Part shown: positions 25,701 to 38,800 of the stretch, piece after piece
How the letters are laid out: each line of letters starts with the position of its first letter
How positions within the stretch are numbered: position 1 is the stretch's first letter
Source: Bugula neritina
Taxonomy: Eukaryota > Animalia > Bryozoa
Direction: 5' to 3'
Assembly (NCBI GenBank): GCA_964035545.1
Contig: OZ037770.1
Span: forward strand, 1,426,001 to 1,490,000
Length of the DNA: 64,000 bases
Position numbers and translations under genes: made by a program
Notes under the pieces: generated by a model
Told to the model about the DNA's origin: nothing
Database searches by the model: none
The model's input: the letters and a program-made list of their open reading frames with translations, nothing else

Positions 25701-28700
25701 TTTAGGTCTGCGTTTGCAAACATTGTTGTGTTACTTTACTTTTTATATTTTTTGAAATAAATATCTTTTTAGCTTGTGCCTATTCATGATTAGAATAGTA
25801 TAATAATATTTAACTTTTCTTCAATTTCAATAGATGAAAATGTTGATCAGTTGGAGTATTCAGTTTAGCTGAATTTTACTTGCTTCTGCGAAAACAATCT
25901 TTTGGAGTTGTCTGCCCTCTCTTTAGGTAATTTTTTGACCTATGGTCAACGCAATAATTATAACTTTTTAAAGATGCTTGTGAACCTAACAATATAGCAT
26001 AACTATCAAACCACATTATTCAATATCTGCATAAAATTTAGCCGATAAGCTGCCACCCAATGAGCTTGAAAAGATATTAGAATTCTAGCTCAGTGCTGCC
26101 ATCAATGTAGATATTTATAATGATATAAAGCCAAAACTCATTATTTATAATGATATAAAGCCAAAACTCATTATTGCATGAAATTATCTAACCATTCCTG
26201 ACAAAGAATCGAGATAATAACTCCAAAGTTGGTCAGTTGAAACCACAGCAATAATACTTTAATCGTTATAATTGTCAGGTTTAATTTTATACCAAGCCCC
26301 AATAAGTACATATAACTATGACAACACAGCCTAAGCACCTCCAATGCAAGAAATTTAGTATTGTGGTGCTGCAAATCCTCCAGTTACAAATGAGTAGAGC
26401 TTTCATGATTATTGGTCTACCATAATGTTTATTTAGTTTTAAGGACTAGCATAAATGCTATTATATGCGGGAGGTATTTGAAAAGCTTCCAACTCCATCT
26501 TCAACTACGGGCTATTATAATTATGCCGATAAACGAGATACTACACTCAGACTGCCCTGTTATAGTACTATGATTGGCTACTGCAAAATTTTTGCCGATA
26601 GACAACATTTAATTATGATGTAATGTATCTCGTATTGGTACATAAGTGTTATGTCTGAGGACGAGATACTGTGAAATTATGCCCTGGCATAATTATAGCA
26701 TCATATATATTACCTCGGGTCTAAAAAGAGGCATATATAATAGAAACAATTATATTATAATATAAAAGACGCTACTATATTAAATGAAAGCACGAAAGTG
26801 ATTATTATAGGCAGTATTTTAGTAGAATAAACTTTGAAAATAATTAGAAACAATGGAAGTAAATGTTTGTAAAAATATTATATTTGATATTGTGAATTTA
26901 ATCATTTCCTTTCAACCTATGTTTAACGTCTAAGCCCCATGCAGTTATAATATTCCTCCCTCATTTTTACAAGAGTTAAAAACTATAATGCATTCATCTT
27001 TTTCAATTTTTGCTAAGCACCACGTGTATAATTTATAATATAGCCCAACAAAAAGAAAAAACCTATCTATCTATTACTAATGCATGTTTTTATTAACACA
27101 AACTGTGTATATAATGTAATTACTTTACAAGTTTCTTCCTATATTGCGTTATTATTTGTATATACATGTATAGCAGAGAGAATAATTGGTATTTAAGCTG
27201 ATTAAAAAGCGGTTTAATAAAATATACTTTATTGGAGATTATTAGATCATAATAATTTTTAGTATAACTATAACTATAATATATTGTAGAACAATTCACG
27301 AGCATCCATTATATTAATGTCATTGTTTAATTAAAAAACGCACTTCATTATAAGAATTTAGAATGCTTTGAAAAGTGCTATAGACAATTAGCATTGCATG
27401 GTATCTATAATACAACTGCTTAACACAATATTGTACATGAATTGCATTTTAATTTTCATCAAAACAAATCTGTTTAGAAACCGATTATATAATAGCCCTT
27501 GAAATAATTGAAATATATATCTGATTATATATAATATATACATAAAAATAAATAAATAATATTTGCACAGAAGAGTAATATTGTTTGGGAAAAGTTACTA
27601 TAGTAACTAGCAAAGTTCTGCTACTACCTATACTACATAATTTGTTTTAGAACACTGTCTTGATGATGACGAATGCTTCGTAGGATTCCACTGTTGTTTC
27701 TCAGTGCCACACGAGCAGGCAACTCCATGTTATCATTTCGTCATAAAAATATTATTATATTTTTTTTGTTATACACTAATATTCAACTAAAATTTATTAC
27801 CAAGTAAAAAAGCCTATAAGTTACAAGTAAATTCATTATAAGATAAAATTGATGATCACCAAACGACTAAATTTTTGAATAAAAGTAATATGGCACTTCA
27901 GAATGCCATGTTGTGTAATATAGAATAGAACATAGTATATAATAAACACTACTCTAATGAAGACTCGATATCTAATCTCGATATATATACCATAAACTGT
28001 TTAGTAAGCAGAACTGAATGAATCAATAAGCTGCAGGTGCAGAATGTATTCTTCCTAAACCTCTCTCCAGAATTCAAATATGTTAGTTGCGTATGCGTGC
28101 TAGAATAATATGTTAGTGATAGGTATATGTATATATGTATCACACAAAAGAAAATAATACAATAGATATTTCAACGATCAGATTCCTGCAATATGAAAAT
28201 ACCATTCCTCATATATAAGGGCTTTTTCTTTTTACATCGTTTCTTTTGCTGAACATCTTATAACTGTTTTTAGCAGTAAACATGTTGCATATTATTATAC
28301 TTTGTTCTATTATCATTACGCAGTGCACAATAAATTGGGTTCATGGTTCACGCAGGCACAGAGTATAGCTAGCTTAAGTTTGTAATGACTAAAGATGTCT
28401 ATAATCTTTTATATTCCCTCACATCAATTTTAATTTTATAGTTTGAGGTGAATTGGTATGCAACTGCATGATAAAGATATTATAAGAACATTATATTTAT
28501 GAAAACTGTTTATAGTGTTTGTCTGTTGCTCAATATGTTGATAGTTTGTTGCAAGTTAATTGCCAGAATTTGATTATTAGTTGTTCAATAACATAAGTGA
28601 TAATATGTTTGGTTTGGCAACTCTATTTGCTGAATCTTCTGAAACCAAGTAGGAAGATATGCAACATAAGCAAATTAGATTACAAGATGCATGAGAAAGT

Positions 28701-29849
28701 AAGCATTTGCATGCACTCTTTAGTAATAATATCATTATACTAGTGTTTTAATGTGATAACTGAGGCCCTTATGAATAAGACAGACTCTAGTATGCAAACT
28801 ACATACAGTATCATACCTATAGGCTCTCACACTTTGTTATCAGTGTATAGTTAGAGTCACAGTTAGTAACTTGGCTTTAGTAAATATTATTATAAGCTTC
28901 AGTAAATGTTTATAAATTGGAATGTGCAAAACGAAACTTTGATTTCATGGTGTGTTTTTGTCAGCAGTTTATGAAAGAAAGTATTTCCCTGCACACTTTA
29001 TTGCTAGCCTCAAATTTTTAGTGGGTCTGTAAAACTACTGATGTATATATCAAGTGAGGCAAATCATTATATAAACAAAATAGTCCCATTTCTATCCTTG
29101 CACACTGTGTTATCAGTTTAGGTAGAGGCACAGTTATTAACTTAGCTAGAAGCACACATATACTGACCCTAGTATCTCATGCTCAGTGTAATTTTAAACA
29201 AACAAGAATTCTTATCTACTATATATACACATGATATGAACCATGAACGGAGAGCATGTCTATGTATCAAGTTCAAACTAGTTTTAGCCACCCATCATTA
29301 TAATATATATATAGTGCTTCTTTGTCACACCTCTCCAGGACTTCAACAAGCCACTATATAGTAGTAAGCCCAAGCTTTCACTAAATTTTTCCAGCTATAA
29401 GAAGTAGTGTTGTAAAGTTGGTGAGTGTATCATTTATGATTTTATAGACATGTCATGGTTCAGTAATTTTCTATTCCACAGTGCCACGTCAAAGTGCAGT
29501 TAAATGTGTTTATTTTTAGTTGTTTCAAGTATAAGTTTTTTTTCAAAATGTCTCGTTATTTGTCCAAAAAACATAATTTACGGCTTTTTTTAAAACTTGT
29601 GAGTTTGTTGCTGTTTCACAGGTAGGATGGGAAATAAGAAGTGTGTAATCTTTTTACATAAGCAACACTAAACAAATCTAATTCTAAATCTACACACATA
29701 TGTAGTAGACGTTACAGAGTTTATGTAATTGTTATATATATGCGATTGCTTTTTGGTGATCTTTTTGTTGCTTTTATGTATTTAATGAATTTTTTTGAGC
29801 TTCTCATTATTGCAATTTACAGCCAAAGAACCTGATTGCTATATAAGCA

Positions 29850-32800
29850 ATGGCTGAAGGAGGAGACAACCAGATAGAATGTGGGTTCTGTGTTGGTAGA
29901 TTAGAAGATCTGGAAGATCCAAGATCTCTACCTTGTGGACACATACACTGTTTAAGATGTCTGACAGGAAGCTTTGAAGTTAGTAGAATGCTCAGATGTC
30001 CTTTCTGCAGGTACGCTTACATAGTTCTGCCTACACTGAATCATACTGCTTCCTGTCCAATTATTTGCGGGTATAGCTTCAAACAATTTGTCTAATTGTT
30101 TCCTATATTTTAGGGAAGTATATGATGTTGAGATAGACTCACTTTCTACCTCCAACACAAGAGATGACTTGTCTTTATGCTGTGACACCTGCACTAGAAA
30201 AGGTGTAGCCAATCAACAAGCTGTTGTTTATTGTAAGACATGTACTGCTAAGTTCTGTGCTAAACACAGAGAGGTGAGAATATCTAAAAGTTACTCTGCA
30301 CTTCATTTTAACTTTTGTTTGAACATTGATACTTTTTGCTTACTATGTAACATCACAATATATAGGTGTTTGTTTCCAACTACACAATATAGCAGATATT
30401 ATTGAGCAAAATAGGTCATATTAGATATTACAATTTGAATTATTTGAAAGAAAAGCCTCAAAAGTTTAAAAGAATTTTAAGAAGTGCTGCCTAACTGTTG
30501 CTAAACACGTATATTGGTTATAGCTGTTAGTTTCTGTTCCACAGTCTCATGATGAACTTCATGGAGCTCACCCTATGATTACAATGACTGACTACAGATT
30601 GGAGGCTAGAAAACTAGAAACCAGGCTATGCTCTAAACATCTCGAACTACCCTATGCCATGGCATGTAGGAGTTGTCATTCTGTACTCTGTAATGCTTGC
30701 ATTGAGAGCTCACCAAACTGTGATGATGGTAAGCTTCTTTTTATCTGATTGTTCAAAAACACACCAAATATTTGTTTCTTAAAGTCTTTGTTTTTATATT
30801 ATTTTAATCTGCAGAGTCAATAGGTTTGAAATAAATAATATATATACTCACCGCAGAAATAAGCAATGAAACCCAACAGCCAACAAACTAGCCAAAATAG
30901 ATGCCAGTGCTGCCGCTAACCATTTTAAAAATTAAACAGCACACTCATACAGGTTCAATGTTATTTTTGAAATTTAAGTACAGCAAATTTACACACTGAG
31001 ACTTGGACTGAAATATGTTATATTTCATATAATCAAATAAATATGCAGCATATTGTATCTGGTGGGAAGTAGATTAGGATGTTGCAGAAAAATATTATAT
31101 TTCATATTTCATACACAGAGAGAAATATTAGTGTTAGAGTGAACATTAGCTGACAACTAAAACAGCTCGTTTTTTGGCTCCTAAATTGACCAGCAGTGAA
31201 CAGAAATTAGTGTCAGGTACTGTTCACAGTGAATAGTATGTTAGATCAATGTTGATATAAAGAGTTGTGAAGTTGATTCTTTGTATTTTTCGCAATGAGC
31301 CAAGTTAGGTTCAATGGTGATCTTATATATGTTCAGTGGTGAGCTTATATATTTTCAATGGTGATCTTATTTATGCTCAATAGTGATATTATATATGTTC
31401 AATGATGATCTTATTTCTGTTCAATGATGATCTTAGATATGCTCAATGCTGAACTAAGTTATATTCAAAGCTGAACTTATAAATGTTCCATGCTGCTCTG
31501 GTTTTTGTTGGAAATAAGCTTCTGCAAAAATTGTTACTGATCACTCTGAACTAACTTGTCATAACTTCTAACCAGTATGAGAGTATAGTAATGTGGATTT
31601 TATTGTATATGATAGTTGAATATAAGAAATGCAACAAAAAAATAACTTCTAAAGATTGAAATAAGAAAAAAAACATGAAAATAAACATTTGCAGAATTTT
31701 TCTACGACTGTAAATTCAGTTAACTTTTCTCAATATTAGCAGAACCTGCTAAGACCATAGCGTGTGTCATTACATTCTTGCTCTGTAGTGTAGCGATAAC
31801 CAAGCAGTTGTGGTGTGTAATGGTTAGCACACCTGTGTGCAAGTCCGAGGTCCGTGATAGTAACCCAAGTACGGGAGGGGGAAATTTTATAACTAATTCC
31901 AGCAGTTAGTGAAGTGTGGTAATACTCCAAGAGGAGTTGAGTGGCCAGGGAAGCTTGAAGGAGTAGTATAAAAAGGGCAGCTGGGTTCTTGAGAAGTGGG
32001 TGAGGTGTAGTGTCGAGAGCACCCAGTGACGTTTGTAATGTAGTGGTGAGTGCGCCTGCTTGCAGGCTGAAGGTCTCAGCATGATTCAAAGTTTTGTAGT
32101 GGTCAAATTCTTTTTTGTGCTCTTATTCAGCATCTTTGAGTGCATGGTCTTAAAAAATGTTATGGGATCTACAACAAAAGATAAAAGTTGGGTAATATTT
32201 AAACTGTGTTAGTATAAACAGTAAACATTTGGTTGAGATATACAATCACAAGCAGCGTAAATAAATTAAGTTCAACTTTGAAGAAGCTGAAGTCTAAGGC
32301 TAAAACTAATAGTATCAATGATGTTAGCTATGAATCTTTTAGCATATTTTCAGCACCGTCGTACCAATCGTTTGATTCTGAATAACCATACAGGCTTTGG
32401 CAAACTTATGATCATTATGTTGCGTAGTGTTTGGGTTAGTTTGAGCTTATCAAAATTTACTAACAATTTTTGCCATCATTTTATTTTACTTCTTTCTTAA
32501 TTACAAATGCAAGAGCTGTTGGGCATAATTAGTTTAGTTAATAGAAGCTTCTCTGCATTAAAATTATCTTAAAATGTCCGTGAATCACAATTTAAGCTGG
32601 AGTCAGCATTTTATATGGACCCCTCATATCAAGATAACAGATATTGATAAGTTTCAGTATGTCTATAAATTGAAAAACAAATAAAGTACTACCAAGAAAA
32701 ATATTGCTACTTAAACATGTTTTTATATTTAATTGTGCTGTGCAAAGATAAATAAAAGAATAAACTGGTGGCACGGAAGTTAATGAAAAATTTTGCCAAC

Positions 32801-35800
32801 TTTGCCAACTCACCACTAATATTGGCATTTTGGTACTTAGCTATAAAACAAGAAGCTAGCTTGGCAGCTGCTTAAGGCAGATAACTACTTGTAGGCTGCT
32901 AAACTGCATTATTAACAATACTTCTACAATGGGGGCATCCAAATTAATGAATTTATCACAAATTGCTAGAAGGTGAAGTGAAAATAAAACGCTAAATCTT
33001 TTGAAAATAGATTGTTACAGGAAAACTCGTATCAAATTGATACAGGAATAAAGTAGTTTGGGAAATATCAGTTAATGTGGTCTCTTAAAAGTTATAGTTG
33101 CACAAATTCAATTATCTGTCTACAGCAATAGTCATACTGTCATTGTGATATAAAATGGCAACGTTAAGCAAATGATTGAGCTTACCTTTTGCTGCAATGA
33201 CAACTTCAGTTCTTAACTCTGAAAGAAAGTGATCATCTTCTATCTCTGAGAGGTAGCTGCAATCTTTACCCATGTGATGAAATGATTCAATGTTTTCCAT
33301 GTTGTGAGGTTGTTTGGAAGCACAAATTCACTGAATTTCAAAGCACAACCTCTTAGTCTGAGCCTCTGGTGTTCACTATGCCGGCAGAATATTTCTTCTG
33401 TCAATAGCAGTGAATGAAAACTATGTGCTGTTATGTAATAACCTTTGTTTTGCTCTTTCGATGCTTGGTAAGCCAGTTTCTTGCCTTTGAATTACAATTT
33501 AAATATTTTCTTACTACAGCTCTGTTATGCAACATCTTCTTTTGTTCCACCAGGTAGTTTACACAAGTTTACACAAGGCTTTTGAAGTGGTTCACCTGAT
33601 CCACAATTGACTATTCAGTAGCTTGTTTCATTGTTAATTTTAAACTTCTTGTTTGAAACACATTTGCTGATAACTGAGTACATGGGAGTTTAATGGTGCA
33701 TCTCCCTGATCTCTCTTTTACACACATTTTAAATTAGTTGGCTTTCCTTTCCATGAATGAAATTGACTAGTGAAGCCTAAACTACCCATGCAAGAGATAT
33801 GTGCAGTTGAAATTTTTTGTTGATAAATTCAACTTAAGTCTTCGATAAACGGAGTGGAGCAATGTTTAATAGTAGTCTGGTAACACGCTATTTGAAAATG
33901 TCTTGGGTTCAAAAAAATTTCGAAATCATAAACAGCTAGTAGGTTGAAGGAGTTTCATTCTACTTATATGCTCCCCAGTTAGGTTGTATTTTTTGTTTTG
34001 GTACTAAGTATTATATACCTATATACCCTTATATAACTTTCATATCAATTGCTAAACATAAAATAACCAATAATATGATATATTTGCACTAATATTTAAA
34101 TTTTCCCAAATTTTTGTTGAAAAAAAGCATTAAATGCATTAATAATGACATTTTTTAAAAAAACAAAAAATATAGAAAATGCAAAATTAATAGGTTTATG
34201 CAGAGCAACGAAATTTATTTGTGTGCCAATTATAAAAAGCAATTGACTCAAATTTATTTAAATGCACATATATTTCAATAGTATTCAAATAAATTGCACG
34301 TAAAATGTGTAAATGGCATCTAACTGGGAAGCACCAATTGAAATGACCTAAATGTAGGGTTCAACTCTATCCTATCTTCCTATAAAGGTTTGTGATCATC
34401 ATTGGTGCACATGTGAACGAATAATGTTGTTAGGTGAACAACTGCCAATTGTTCCATAATTCTTATGTAAATAAAATTTTGCTTGAACATATGTAGTTGT
34501 AGCATTGATCTCACTTTCTGCTCCTATCAACTACTGTTTAGCTTCATTCAGACCTAAGGATGATGATTACGTAATACTTGTGAAAAGTAGCGTTGACTTA
34601 ACAACTAAGTGGTTTCAGAGCTACTACAAAATATTTTTCAGCTTACACTAACCGGATTAATTTTCAATTTCATCAAAATAAGTGCAGGTCTAACAAGTAT
34701 TAAAAGTGTGGTGCAGGCTATACCGACAATAAAAGGCTCTTTGAACAACTTTAGTGCAAGCGCTGCACTAATATTTCTCTCTGTGTATGCATGCTAGTAA
34801 TATTACTAAATGTTTTCAAAGTTATAACATACACGCAGGCTCGTTATTATTTCTATGATGTAAGTACAGCAAACTACCAAACTGACACTTGAAGTGAAAT
34901 ATATTGCACGATCTAACAGATAATACAGTAAGAAGAGAACCTGGTCAAAAAATTCTATTTCATACAGGTTCTCCACACCAACTGATCACATTGAATGGGC
35001 TGGTGGCTAAACTGTCTGGAGAAATGAATGAGATGAGATCAGAAATCCTGAAGAACGAAGATCAGTTTCAAGAGTTGATGAAACACATGACTGGAGTATT
35101 ATGTGACTATGATAGTGAGACTAGAGATATGATGGAGACACTCCAGAGAACACGGGATCAACAGGTTATATATACAAACTTTATAAAGTCATTAGGATTT
35201 CAGATCAAAAAAGACAAGTACATTAAAATACAGAAAACTAACTTTTAGAGATAAACCAGGAGCTTGGCAAAAATTTGAATGTTTTTGAACAATTATTTTC
35301 ATGTAGTGAAATTTTCTTTCGAGTATGTATATCGTGCACTAATCCTATTGATAGATTCGGAGTATTGAATGGAAATACAAAAATATTGAAGAAGAGTTGC
35401 TGAAACTGAGAGAAAATGTGAAGTTGGAACTGGAAAGATTCACAGAACAAAATGTTGGAGTTAAATTATCTGATCTCAATAGACAACGACTACAGATCGA
35501 AGCTAGACATAAACACAATCACCAGGTATGAAGCCAGTATTTATGTTTTTGAATATAATTGAGATGAAAAATATATTTTTAAATTGAATGTATAGGGGAA
35601 ACCTGGGTGATATGAACCACCCGGGTGATATGGACCATGCATGTTTTGCAGTATCCAAGGCTACCAGAAAGTTGGAAAGTGTCTCATTGCTTAGAAATAA
35701 GAATATCTAACTTCCTGTCTACATATTTTAGACTTGTCTCTTTGTCTTAGAAAATAAAGACACATTTTCTCTTTTTGCTCATTTTCTTATAACTTTTCAC

Positions 35801-38800
35801 AACTTCTGTGGATATATTTTCGTTAAAAAAAATTACCTGAAGTAAGGGGCCTGTATCTACAGATAATGTGTGGAAGGTATGTATAAATACCCAAATAGTA
35901 TATATGATACTTGTCCACTCTCTGCCTGTAGGAATTCAAAATTTTTGGTGACATGATTTTCGCAGGGCATAATTTCACAGTATCTCGTCCTCAGACATAA
36001 CACTTATGTACCAATACGAGATACATTACATCATAATTAAATGTTGTCTATCGGCAAAAATTTTGCAGTAGCCAATCATAGTACTATAACAGGGCAGTCT
36101 GAGTGTAGTATCTCGTTTATCGGCATAATTATAATAGCCCGTAGTTGAAGATGGAGTTGGAAGCTTTTCAAATACCTCCCGCATATAATAGCATTTATGC
36201 TAGTCCTTAAAACTAAATAAACATTATGGTAGACCAATAATCATGAAAGCTCTACTCATTTGTAACTGGAGGATTTGCAGCACCACAATACTAAATTTCT
36301 TGCATTGGAGGTGCTTAGGCTGTGTTGTCATAGTTATATGTACTTATTGGGGCTTGGTATAAAATTAAACCTGACAATTATAACGATTAAAGTATTATTG
36401 CTGTGGTTTCAACTGACCAACTTTGGAGTTATTATCTCGATTCTTTGTCAGGAATGGTTAGATAATTTCATGCAATAATGAGTTTTGGCTTTATATCATT
36501 ATAAATAATGAGTTTTGGCTTTATATCATTATAAATATCTACATTGATGGCAGCACTGAGCTAGAATTCTAATATCTTTTCAAGCTCATTGGGTGGCAGC
36601 TTATCGGCTAAATTTTATGCAGATATTGAATAATGTGGTTTGATAGTTATGCTTGACACAAGGAGTTGTCACATCCATCCCAAAGAACAAGACCATCTAC
36701 AATAACAAACATGGAAAGTACTTAAAATTACATTTAAGTTTACAATAATCCTTAAAATATATGTTGCCTTCTGCAAATGCTAAATAAAACACGATGTAAT
36801 GCTATGTTTACTTAGACTAAATCTTGCTGACTTACAATGAAATTCATTCATTTCAATTTGAAAATTCTTGTCAATAACTTGACTCTATGCTAACAACTAA
36901 TTGTAATACCAAAATCACACTGCTACTTTTAGTTTAGGGAATTTATTTTCATTATTAGTTCAATATTCAGCAGAGGTTTTTCTTTAATGAACAAACAATA
37001 GGCATACATGCAGATGAAAGATTAGGTCTAGTGAATACTAATTTTGTGCCTAACAAAAAAAAAATGAAAGACTGCATGAAAAACTAACAACTCTAAAAAA
37101 TTGCAATTTGAATGAGGCTCAGGCTTTTAGGTGAGCAAGAGTAACCAGAAGAGTTACTTTAATGGAAGAAATTACTGACTGATTGTGTAGTTGCAGGCTG
37201 CATGATGTGTTTTGATTGTCACAACCACTTTTGAAAAGGGAAAATCCATTAAATTAAGACTACTGGCAAACAACAGACCGATAAGGAAAAAATACCAAGT
37301 AGAAATTCACTTCTCAAAGCAAACTGTAGTTAATACATTATAGATGCTTAGAAGAAGCAGGCAATAGTGAATGCTATATAGTGTAGATCAGGATTCTATA
37401 CAATGACAAGTAAACTGAAATTCCAGTGCACTTTGAAACTACTTGTAAGAATGGGCTTAGTGCTTTGTAGTGCCTTGAAATTTTTTCAAGTCTAATTGGC
37501 ACCATGCTATTAGAATTCGCAGAGAGATGACCCTTTAAACTTTCACTTTAAACTTTAATACCTTCACGATTTTCAGTAAGAAATTCAATTTATCTAGGTC
37601 TGAAATTTCACCGAGTTGCATTGCAAGCCGCTGGTCAAAATGTTTAGTTTGTGATAACTTAATCAGCTGATTTCAGAATAACAATCATTGGGAATGACAT
37701 CTACATGTAGATATAGATATTTATGCTTATAATTATATCGGCTGCCTTCATCAATCATCGATACTATGCTGCCAAATCAACTAATTAATTACAGTTGGAA
37801 ACTTCAAAGGGCATTGAATAGCAATTAAGCAAGTTATACTTTTAATATTACAAAAAGAACTTGTGCATCAATAAGATTTAAAATATAGGTGGGCACTCCG
37901 CTAGTGATATTAACTGAAACTGGAACTTTTTTCATGCAGGAAAAGCAAAAACGCATCTCAACAGAAACCCAAAAATTTCCAGCACACTTTATGCTTTGAC
38001 AACACGCACACAATAACTTCGTTTATGGTACAAACCTTTTTGTTGATTGTTTTCCAACATTTTCACTAGAGCAGAGCCGAAAGAAATTTGGAAACTGCAT
38101 AATGATGCCAGCCACCGTGGCATCATCTTCTCTGGAAAATTATTGACAAATCATCACCCAAAAACTTCAGCAAAGCCTCCATCAATAGTATGTAATACTT
38201 TAGGTGAAACTAAAAAGAAAGAGACAATATTTTCGTGTAATTTAACCCATCAATAAACGCATCAATAGTTAGTGTGGCCACGGTTTAAACCTCATTAATT
38301 TCATGCTATTTAAGGCTTTTACAACTTAAAAGATGTAATTCATCTGCAAGAGAAATGTTAGGTATATGAAATGAGTAGAAGTGCAAAAGCAAGCAGGTAT
38401 TGAGAAAGGACGAGTTAGTAGGTGTACTTTGACTTGTGATAAATCAATGTGATACCAGATGTGAATTTTGAGGTGTGTTTACTCCAATCTCACTGAAAAG
38501 GTAGAAATAGCTAAATTTACGAGACACACAATATTTTATAAAATACTGCACATTCATTAAAACTTTATAAAACTCTAGTGTGAAGGGTGACTCACACTTT
38601 TAAACCGTCGATGAGCTAAGTTGTAAAAGTTTGATGAGAACCTTTTACTCTATAAATTTATGCAATATAAAATACTCTCCACATATTCAACAGCTACGAA
38701 GTTTTGTTGAAGATAAACTTCCTCAACAAATATACAGAAAAAAGCTATTTGAAAGCCAAATTTCATTAGCATATTATAAGATTATTTGTGTTTCATCTTT

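Larger units (their letters stand above)
6131..26686. mobile_element. Giant (20,556 bp) non-autonomous hAT-like DNA element, copy A (left arm of inverted pair)
   Basis: Reverse complement of 35963-55716; homology stops abruptly at CAGTATAT (6131) and ATGCCCTG (26686). The two ends align ungapped at 25/38 nt. No TSD at this copy (gaaatttt vs gcataatt). Confidence 0.8.

Noticed and set aside
26040-26220. Possible hAT dimerisation-domain remnant (ADKLPPNELEKILEF*...)
   Set aside because: No ERxFS or other diagnostic motif; the resemblance is too weak to call a transposase.
27655-27700. Hammerhead-like ttgatgatg-acgaa-tgc-ttcgt hairpin
   Set aside because: Lacks the CUGA start and the GAAA box.
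29952-30212. Antisense or alternate-frame ORFs over TRIM exons (also 35238-35450, 58254-58449)
   Set aside because: Shadows of the real coding exons.
31784-32176. Solo LTR call
   Set aside because: TG...CA ends and a TATA box are present, but there is no 4-6-bp TSD, PBS or PPT.
33112-33480. Minus-strand exon-like block with an AAG|GTAAG donor in TRIM intron 3
   Set aside because: Stops in all frames and no recognisable homology or partner exons.
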